From: a virus
Taxonomy: Duplodnaviria; Caudoviricetes
Reading direction: 5' to 3' (one strand)
Virus record (IMG/VR): IMGVR_UViG_3300032303_001542
Span: 1-36,398 of that record
DNA: 36,398 nucleotides
Position 1 is the stretch's first letter, and each line of letters opens with the position of its first letter. The notes beneath the pieces are model-generated. The model ran no database searches. It saw nothing but the letters and a program-made list of their open reading frames with translations, and was not told the DNA's origin. Position numbers and translations under genes: made by a program. This document shows positions 29,901-35,394 of this stretch, one piece after another.

Positions 29901-30872
29901 GCAACCGAAACCAAACTAAACGAAAAACAACTTACAGATATTATAAAGGCTCAGACTTCGGATACTAATACTCAAGCAATAATATTAGCGTTATGTTATG
30001 TTAGGACTTATAAACTTAATGTGTTTCAAGGATTCGATAATAACTTTGCAATGATATCTTTGAAACAAAATTACAGTTCAACTTCCGATGGTTTTTTTGA
30101 AAAAAGTTACTGTTGTGTAAACTCAGAAACAACTTCAAGTACCGAGTCAATACCTATTGCTAGGTTTAAAACCCCTGAATTATTTGTTGGTTTTATTTTT
30201 GCAAGAATTAAAGACAGAGTACGTCAAATAACTATTACTCCGGGTATTGGATTATTAGAATTTTATGTTACAACTTGGCAAGACAATCAGATTGATTCCG
30301 CAACATTTGAAACTAATAGAAATTCAGTATATAAAGATTTAAGAGATAGGTTAGTTGCGGTATTAGAAGGAGTTGGAAAAAGAAATGGAATAAATGTTAC
30401 AAACATTACAGAACTTGTTGATGGTAAAAAATACACTCAAAATAATTCAACCCCAACACCTACCCCAACACCTACACCCACCGCCACACCGCCATCAGGA
30501 CTTGGAACATTTCCACCACAACAAATTACATTAAGAAATTTAGGAAGTTCTCCAACATTACAAGGGTACCAATGGAGTTATTTCAATATCAAAAAGTTAA
30601 CTGGGGGATATTTAACATTCCAAATTATTACACCAGAACCATTTGACGTTCATAAAATTTATGATTTTACCTTTGTGGATGCTGCGACGAACAATACAGT
30701 GAGTGGTGTGAATAATAGTGGTGGAATTGATACAAATTATACATACGAAACAATTATTGGACGTGCGGGACAATTTAAACTTGTAGTTAGATATTTACCA
30801 TACGGATGGAGTTATCCTTCGGGAGGACAATTATTAATACAAACAATAACTAGTGAAATTTTTACTTTATAA
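23907..30872 (+). CDS. Giant baseplate hub protein (gp27 / late control D-like termini), 2321 aa
   Basis: N-terminal LLGITSINVK...VTMTLEDVQG and C-proximal CLGNAMIQP...GPYMITDVSHVITPGSFQTTFNGTR hub motifs; PT linker before a final domain. Confidence 0.6.
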   Translation: MADKRTRPDNSGYIYTEFDYNNIIIVDPNKTVDDKGVISERLVDHENMVMYANLEAELLPRTKLAIGSSPDNIRTISIAKINFLKPANDDYFTTNYYDEITGENTTIKKGQNQTQTEYVPPSNGQRGYNKLSTFSDGKEGTIDNGLLGITSINVKVSGSFIPTVTMTLEDVQGRALFQLGENSPYAAFFHLPYPPFYLTIKGYYGQAVKYQLNLEKFDCNFNSIGGNYMINLTFQGYKFNILNEISMGSLLAAPHMYSSRFDISNSNVGSNPSQSQQAAASQQSANIAQPSNSNGVVTKQMFVEKGYQKIIEVYNEYKSKKIIPKDFPELTLQQLMNKLETFEQTILNNYKKSDVEPLTNIRQYQQKLKEYYEVVISDATSWFNTYLNPKPFIGLNGIKYYAYLNDITDDNKPNALSKLEGYIKNYNEVLASNKTLGKDGTSPITNGITISTITATTTQFDINWEKTYTEQYGISNPTAVQIEQFKTSESISNLFKPLSFGSVTDGFVGPQQPGTTFITDENKKNSLELLKPYFFIFDGTDRFIGMINNMNAEASKKLSEIETKLSESLREKIEDSKTGLGFKPTVRNIIAIIMASAEGFIRLMDDVHTKAWDVKYDPVRKNAILNNTSSAPGVDTKQVVQNTIENASNTTSLQTPVYPWPQFFVEEMGDDRKPKFQLKYIADPSIVDRTMGYVYDKWPEVEFVEEYIKGLTQRFTPPNTPTPSSEQDFTNFLNINAIEFPQSDVAYTNTEEIKFFFELWERQFMTSRYENLGRIKTTDTDYENIKNLIVDVDTKNILTSLGGSNPYLNFKLKNFQYTAANYVEFLKSITKNGQTQTYYDFTNDVFVTPYIKNLTANPNLLLSIKNVGKEPVSKLDGAKLESIVKSTQTNEPIIIDTYPFTNSSWDDSNLVDRSNSQGNSIYNTTKSLKFYKQRNLITNYLDLNDFKTNRPVTNFSYLTIQNPLSNSQLYQPTNQTQFFINLYYNRTPKNFIPTEGNCYFNTPTNKTVTFFGTTTNKLPIKTTTSILNTPMFINSIIDGVNKCKQNNETPFVTSAYLFLNSLPLISLREKYKTQGTNLNELDYMFATIKKFGALHKLPYAWILKFGSIWHRYKTYVETGTDILTSVWKDVDYKNAFDPVTNSASKKYILDFNGGTGKTIQLESINFIASSMQIGFYPKLIDDFNYMYKGSILYNGYTDSDIQTSINNGLKLYNFTQSNANYIQNSAPLNLTTWSSLLPSDDGSYLILPSFGGSQNQITPSLTESNVVVAGASVDGNPAVYNGSMRLLWASPNYGYFDRSQIAQPASSSYLNNIKDTSDLLSPFILSNSTNYSRIDDLFGVFDKTILDSFEVEFKNFSKSMTNLTSDSPILKYDSPTGDPDRFLKNFQLLFKTLMTVPAPSPNETTEMFFGNAITNQLNNFSNVIQKFLEYDVILKIGNPSYYDRKTFDSYLLYNPTSTTTNKNPNIYLQYPDGFEPYVAGSLPTNQGTVTLLQSKQQLPNEWKDLELYVGFSTIPGLVYSNNGSYITDFFKDNNIKFTSNNIKKLAPIIKMYATQKLNNSSLTASTFKTSLNTYFNDCVTLQNNILDGILTGIRKNLPNYQEVPEAKVSSRIDGQQTKVNLYETFKALNDKWIAGGDYKTKTFFEDILFLDKASRNIGDILYLDIFSLKDILNEKEFNQSMSVYTFIAGLLIRNNFIIMNLPAYVNFYNIQNVDGVSKPVIKNSLDFANDMWGTHLTVDTRESGPKMVCFFVAKPSSYLDLEESKNFLFRSDGIQLEKRGAANPLSEDWTKKDDRDYGLSNRCVGFTVDIGIRNQNVFSSFQVSQANGKATTESVSTLYNMIQQASGRQVSTQNVSLYNYYANRSYGAQVVCLGNAMIQPTMYFNLRHVPMFNGPYMITDVSHVITPGSFQTTFNGTRQGVYDLPSIDNFLQSINQNLLTKLEDAVLSKDDGTTTNTTSNASNVANSTTNAENTKAAENSCVDKVLKVYKDKGFVSSGATETKLNEKQLTDIIKAQTSDTNTQAIILALCYVRTYKLNVFQGFDNNFAMISLKQNYSSTSDGFFEKSYCCVNSETTSSTESIPIARFKTPELFVGFIFARIKDRVRQITITPGIGLLEFYVTTWQDNQIDSATFETNRNSVYKDLRDRLVAVLEGVGKRNGINVTNITELVDGKKYTQNNSTPTPTPTPTPTATPPSGLGTFPPQQITLRNLGSSPTLQGYQWSYFNIKKLTGGYLTFQIITPEPFDVHKIYDFTFVDAATNNTVSGVNNSGGIDTNYTYETIIGRAGQFKLVVRYLPYGWSYPSGGQLLIQTITSEIFTL
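30450..30494 (+). repeat. Pro-Thr linker repeat (TPTPTPTPTPTATPP)
   Basis: ACC CCA ACA CCT repeats in the giant baseplate gene. Confidence 0.8.
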
Positions 30873-30902
30873 TAATACAATATATTTATAATAAACAATA
30901 TT

Positions 30903-31127
30903 ATGGATTTAACATCAAAATTGAATAACTATCTCGGTAAACAGGGACAGTATTCTGAACAAAGTTTAGGAAACGGAACAAAAGAAGTTTGTGATTTAGA
31001 AACTGGTGACTGTTATGTTGTCAGAGAAAAAGATGGACTTATTGAAAGAGCCGGACACCAAACAACTGTAAATAGACAAGTAAAAGTAGAAACCGCAAGA
31101 GGTATAAAACAATTATTAAATGGATAA
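30903..31127 (+). CDS. Hypothetical protein (74 aa)
   Basis: ORF with TATTTATA upstream (30883-30890); KEVCDLETGDCY motif. Confidence 0.65.
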   Translation: MDLTSKLNNYLGKQGQYSEQSLGNGTKEVCDLETGDCYVVREKDGLIERAGHQTTVNRQVKVETARGIKQLLNG

Positions 31128-31132
31128 TTAAA

Positions 31133-31759
31133 ATGGCAATAGATAAGAAAATTCTTAGCGAAATAGAAAGATATAGAAACATTAACAAATATATTATGGA
31201 GCAAGACGCTCCACCGCCACCTCCACCACCGCCAGGAGGGGATGCACCACCACCTCCACCAGCAGGAGCACCAGCACCTGCGGAACCAACACCAATAGAT
31301 GTTGAAACTGACGATGAGGTTGAAAAAATTGATGAGAAAGGTAAATCAGAGGAAGGTAAAGGAGACTCTGAAGAACTTGACGTAACTGATTTAGTTAAGT
31401 CTCAAGAAAATATTGAAACAAAACAAGAAGAATATTTTAATAATTTATTTTCACAACTTTCAAATCTTGAAGGTAAACTTAAAGAGATGGATGGTGTTAT
31501 GGCAAAATTAAATGCTCTTGAAAACAAAATTGAAAAATATAGAGAAAAAACTCCACAAGAAAAATTGGATTTAAGAAAATATGATTCATATCCTTTTAAC
31601 CAAAAACTTTCTGATTTCTTTAACGACAAACAAGATGAGTTTGAAAAAACAGGGAAAACAGATTATGTTTTAACTACAGATGATGTTACGGATATCTCGG
31701 ATAGTGAGATTAAAGATACTTTCCTACCAACGGATGAAAAAGATTTTGAAAAAATGTAA
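31133..31759 (+). CDS. Acidic, proline-rich coiled-coil protein (possible scaffold / internal head protein)
   Basis: N-terminal ILSEIERY...YIMEQ, poly-Pro tract, acidic linker, coiled coil. Confidence 0.5.
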   Translation: MAIDKKILSEIERYRNINKYIMEQDAPPPPPPPPGGDAPPPPPAGAPAPAEPTPIDVETDDEVEKIDEKGKSEEGKGDSEELDVTDLVKSQENIETKQEEYFNNLFSQLSNLEGKLKEMDGVMAKLNALENKIEKYREKTPQEKLDLRKYDSYPFNQKLSDFFNDKQDEFEKTGKTDYVLTTDDVTDISDSEIKDTFLPTDEKDFEKM

Positions 31760-31762
31760 AGT

Positions 31763-31792
31763 GAAGGGGAGTCAAAAAAGACTCCCTTTCTT
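31763..31792 (+). terminator. Intrinsic terminator ending the structural operon
   Basis: GAAGGGGAGTC-AAAAAA-GACTCCCTTTC followed by TT. Confidence 0.75.
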
Positions 31793-31794
31793 AA

Positions 31795-31826
31795 TTTGAC
31801 TTATTCCCAAGTGATTACTATTATTG
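31795..31826 (+). promoter_or_regulatory. Early/middle promoter upstream of ssb
   Basis: TTGACT(31796-31801)-N17-TATTAT(31819-31824); also TTTG-N20-TATTATTG. Shares TTTGACTTAT with the polB promoter. Confidence 0.65.
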
Positions 31827-31858
31827 TAATATAAATAAACAATTAAAATTAAACAACT

Positions 31859-32710
31859 ATGATGAGTTCACTCGACGCCGTATTGGCACAGTATGAGAAA
31901 TCAACACAAGGGGGCGGGGCCCAAAGCAAAATGTCGCAAGACGAAAGAATGAAAAAGTATTTCGCTTTATTATTGAACGACAAAGAAAAATCAGGACAAA
32001 GAAGAATTAGAATCCTACCAACACCCGACGGTTCTTCACCATTTAAAGAGGCTTGGTACCACGAAATCCAAGTTGGAGGACAATGGCAAAAATTCTTTGA
32101 CCCAGGAAAGAACGACAACGAACGTTCACCATTAAATGAGGTTTACGAAGAATTAATGTCTACAGGTAAAGATTCTGATAAAGAACTTGCAAAACAATAC
32201 AAATCTCGTAAATTCTATATTGTTAAAGTTATAGACAGAGACAGAGAAGAAGACGGACCAAAGTTTTGGAGATTCAAACACAACTATAAGAATGATGGTA
32301 TCCTTGATAAAATCATTCCTATTTGGAAGAACAAAGGTGATGTAACTGATGCTGAAAAAGGACGTGATTTGATTATTGAATTAACCAAATCAAAAACAGG
32401 TAAAGGTAAAGAATACACTTCCGTTTCAACCATTATGTATGATGACGTTCAACCACTTTCAGAGGACAAAGACCAAATGAAAGAGTGGATGAGTGACGAA
32501 TTAACTTGGAGAGATGTCTATTCTAAAAAACCTGTTGAGTATTTGGAAGCAATTGCTCAAGGTAAAACTCCAAAATGGGATAATGAAAAAGGTGGATACG
32601 TTTATGGAGATAGCGAAGAATCAACCACAACAATTGGTGGAAGTTCAAAATCTAAATCTTACTCTGACCCACAAATGGATTCTGAAGTTGATTCAGACTT
32701 ACCATTCTAA
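31859..32710 (+). CDS. ssb: Single-stranded DNA-binding protein (T4 gp32-like)
   Basis: RIRILP...PF, KVIDR...GPKFW, D...G.D.II; acidic tail ending DSDLPF. Confidence 0.85.
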   Translation: MMSSLDAVLAQYEKSTQGGGAQSKMSQDERMKKYFALLLNDKEKSGQRRIRILPTPDGSSPFKEAWYHEIQVGGQWQKFFDPGKNDNERSPLNEVYEELMSTGKDSDKELAKQYKSRKFYIVKVIDRDREEDGPKFWRFKHNYKNDGILDKIIPIWKNKGDVTDAEKGRDLIIELTKSKTGKGKEYTSVSTIMYDDVQPLSEDKDQMKEWMSDELTWRDVYSKKPVEYLEAIAQGKTPKWDNEKGGYVYGDSEESTTTIGGSSKSKSYSDPQMDSEVDSDLPF

Positions 32711-32736
32711 AGATTTGTTGTTAGATATTTATTCTT

Positions 32737-33435
32737 ATGAATAAACAACTAACAATAGTAATACCTTGTAAAAATGAGAGTTCTCTTATAATTGAGACTC
32801 TCATTTTTATTTTAGGACAAACCGAAAAATTTAAAATAATTGTTGCGGACTCATCTACCGATAAAGAAAGTATTGAATTACTTAAAAAGTTTCAAAAAAA
32901 ATATAAAGAACAAATAAAGATAATTGGTGGAGGATTACCATCTGTTGCGAGGAACAAAGGAGCGGAGTTAGTTGATACTCCTTATGTGTTATTTTTGGAT
33001 GCGGACATTCATCTTAAACAAGATGATTTAATTGTTAAATGTTTGAATGAAATGATTGTAGGAAGGTATGATTTGTTAACCTGTAAGTTTAAGACATTAG
33101 ATGGTAAATTTGATTGGATTTACAAAATATTTAATGTTGTGCAATGGGTTAGTTCAAAGACAACACCATTTGCGTTGGGTGGGTTTATGTTGTTTAAAAC
33201 TGAAACATTTAACAAATTAAAAGGGTTTAATAATGAGGATAAAATTGCCGAGGACTATCATCTTAGTTCTAAAATTGCTCCGAGTAAATTTAGAGTGGAG
33301 AATCTTTTTGTTTATACTCCTTCTAGAAGATTTGAGAAAAAAAGTTTACGGTATATGATGAAACTTATGGTTATGTGTTGGTGGAATAGGAACAACGATG
33401 AGTTTTTTAAACAGGATTTTAATTATTGGATATGA
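32737..33435 (+). CDS. Glycosyltransferase family 2
   Basis: LTIVIPCKNE, IIVADSSTD, ARNKGA, VLFLDAD (DxD), GGFMLF, AEDYHL, SRRF. Confidence 0.9.
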   Translation: MNKQLTIVIPCKNESSLIIETLIFILGQTEKFKIIVADSSTDKESIELLKKFQKKYKEQIKIIGGGLPSVARNKGAELVDTPYVLFLDADIHLKQDDLIVKCLNEMIVGRYDLLTCKFKTLDGKFDWIYKIFNVVQWVSSKTTPFALGGFMLFKTETFNKLKGFNNEDKIAEDYHLSSKIAPSKFRVENLFVYTPSRRFEKKSLRYMMKLMVMCWWNRNNDEFFKQDFNYWI

Positions 33436-33524
33436 AAAAAAAAGTAGATATTAATTTTGAGTTTATTGTTGTATCAACAGCGGCAGCATTAATAATTTTA
33501 ACCAAACTAATTTGCGGAATATGA
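33432..33524 (+). CDS. 30-aa hydrophobic peptide (not in ORF track)
   Basis: MKKKVDINFEFIVVSTAAALIILTKLICGI*; ATGA overlaps with both the GT2 stop and the phosphoesterase start. Confidence 0.6.
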   Translation: MKKKVDINFEFIVVSTAAALIILTKLICGI

Positions 33525-34264
33525 AATATAAAGCAATAATTGTTTCTGATTTGCATCTTGGAACAAAAGATTCAAAAGCCAAAGAGTTTATTGAGTTTAT
33601 TGATTCTCACCCCACTAATCTATTAATATTAAATGGTGATATTGTTGATGGTTGGGCACTTAAACGTGGCTCCAAGTGGAAGAAACCACACACAAAAGTT
33701 ATTACAAAACTTTTGAAGTTATCAAAAAAAACAAAGATTATATGGATTAGGGGAAACCACGATGAATTCTTAACCGATTTTATGGATATTGATTTGGGGA
33801 AGATTGAGGTTAGGGAAGATTATATTATTGATGTTTATGATAATACAACAGATGATTTTTTTGTTAAAAAGAGTTATTATGTTTTTCACGGAGATAAAAT
33901 AGATGTGTTCATAACCAAATATAAGTGGTTGGCAAAGATTGGTTCGGTTGGATATGATATGGCGTTATGGTTAAACAGGTGGTATAATAGATATAGAACG
34001 TGGAGGAAATTACCATATAAGTCAATATCACAAGAAATTAAAAATGGGGTTAAAACTGCGACAAACTTTATAAATGATTTTGAATCCGAAGCCGTAAAAA
34101 TGGCTCACAAAAAAGGATGTTATGGTGTTATCTGTGGACACATACACCAACCTTCAAACACGATGACTGACGATGGTCATTATCTAAATTCTGGTGATTG
34201 GGTTGAAAATAGAACCGCAATACTATTGGACAATTCAAATAATTTTACTATATTTAGAATGTAA
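33521..34264 (+). CDS. Calcineurin-like metallophosphoesterase, PlcP / LpxH-like
   Basis: SDLHLG, GDIVDGW, GNHDE, HGD, KWLA.IG..GYD, CGHIH, YLNSGDWVE; likely start is the ATG at 33521. Confidence 0.85.
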   Translation: MKYKAIIVSDLHLGTKDSKAKEFIEFIDSHPTNLLILNGDIVDGWALKRGSKWKKPHTKVITKLLKLSKKTKIIWIRGNHDEFLTDFMDIDLGKIEVREDYIIDVYDNTTDDFFVKKSYYVFHGDKIDVFITKYKWLAKIGSVGYDMALWLNRWYNRYRTWRKLPYKSISQEIKNGVKTATNFINDFESEAVKMAHKKGCYGVICGHIHQPSNTMTDDGHYLNSGDWVENRTAILLDNSNNFTIFRM

Positions 34265-34277
34265 AATAGTAAAATTT

Positions 34278-35270
34278 ATGGCAGGAATTAAGAAAAAAGA
34301 AATATCCTTATCAAGCATTAAGGATAAATTCTCAACAAAAACAAAATATAAAGAAACCGAGTTTTATAACTGCGGACAAGCGTTTTATGATACTTGCGGA
34401 TTGCCTGGTCCGGTATTGGGGGGTATCAATATGTTCTTGGGGCATAGCAACACATCTAAGACCACTGCGATGATACTTGCGGCGGCAGATGCTCAAAAGA
34501 AAGGACATTTACCTGTATTCATAATTACAGAAAAAAAATGGTCTTGGGAACACTGTGTAGAATTAGGACTCAAGGCTGAAAAAAAATCAGACGGAACTTG
34601 GGACGGGGAATGGTTATTTAATGATTCGTTTGATTATATTGAACAAGCTACTGATTATATTAATGAATTATTAGACGCCCAAGAAGCTGGCGATTTACCG
34701 TATAGTTTGGCATTTTTTTGGGATAGTGTTGGAAGTATTCCTTGTAAATTAACGTTTAATGGGGGTGGTGGAAAACAACACGCGGCTGGTGTTTTATCAG
34801 ACAAAATTGGGATGGGGGTACATTCTAGAATATCTAAATCAAAAAAAGAAGATTATCCATATATCAACACCCTAACAGTTATTTCGCAACCGTGGGTGGA
34901 ACTTCCCGATAGTCCATTTGGTCAACCGACCATAAAGGCTAAGGGTGGGAATGCAATATGGTTAGCATCATCTTTAGTATTTTTATTTGGAAACCAAAAG
35001 AATGCTGGAATTAATCACATCACCGCAACAAAGAACGGAAGGACGGTATCCTATGCAGTAAGAACAAAAGTTTCAATTCTTAAAAATCACGTAAATGGTT
35101 TAGGTTATAAAGATTCAAAAATTATTGCAGTACCACAAGGATATATTGCGGACACAAAAGAAGCGTTGGATGCGTATAAAAAAGAGTATTCACAATATTG
35201 GAACGCAATACTTGGAGGTGATGGTGAAATTAAATTAGATGAGAGTGATGAGGTTGAAATAACAGAATAA
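34278..35270 (+). CDS. RecA / UvsX-like recombinase
   Basis: Walker A GHSNTSKTT, catalytic E (IITEKK), Walker B FFWDSVG, KGGNA, KNHV; start MAGIKKK at 34278. Confidence 0.85.
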   Translation: MAGIKKKEISLSSIKDKFSTKTKYKETEFYNCGQAFYDTCGLPGPVLGGINMFLGHSNTSKTTAMILAAADAQKKGHLPVFIITEKKWSWEHCVELGLKAEKKSDGTWDGEWLFNDSFDYIEQATDYINELLDAQEAGDLPYSLAFFWDSVGSIPCKLTFNGGGGKQHAAGVLSDKIGMGVHSRISKSKKEDYPYINTLTVISQPWVELPDSPFGQPTIKAKGGNAIWLASSLVFLFGNQKNAGINHITATKNGRTVSYAVRTKVSILKNHVNGLGYKDSKIIAVPQGYIADTKEALDAYKKEYSQYWNAILGGDGEIKLDESDEVEITE

Positions 35271-35275
35271 AAATT

Positions 35276-35302
35276 AACCCCTCCCTTAAAGAGGGGTTTT
35301 TT
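35276..35302 (+). terminator. Intrinsic terminator after recombinase
   Basis: AACCCCTC-CCTTAAA-GAGGGGTT followed by TTTT. Confidence 0.8.
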
Positions 35303-35394
35303 AATAATATTATTTTTTTAATTAATTATTTACTTTTTTTTAGTTAACGTTATTATTGTGAATTTTTTTATATTTATATATGAATAACTAACCT

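Noticed and set aside
11007-30872. Extracellular contractile injection system / tailocin interpretation of the sheath-tube-baseplate cluster
   Set aside because: Head-neck genes, DNA polymerase, SSB, recombinase and a homing endonuclease in the same window indicate a complete myophage.
31208-31290. GC-rich CCA/CCG repeat tract as a possible non-coding element
   Set aside because: Fully explained by the poly-proline coding region.
35380-35391. Mini-ORF ATG AAT AAC TAA before the PAS gene
   Set aside because: Three codons in AT-rich DNA are expected by chance, and nothing supports a regulatory role.
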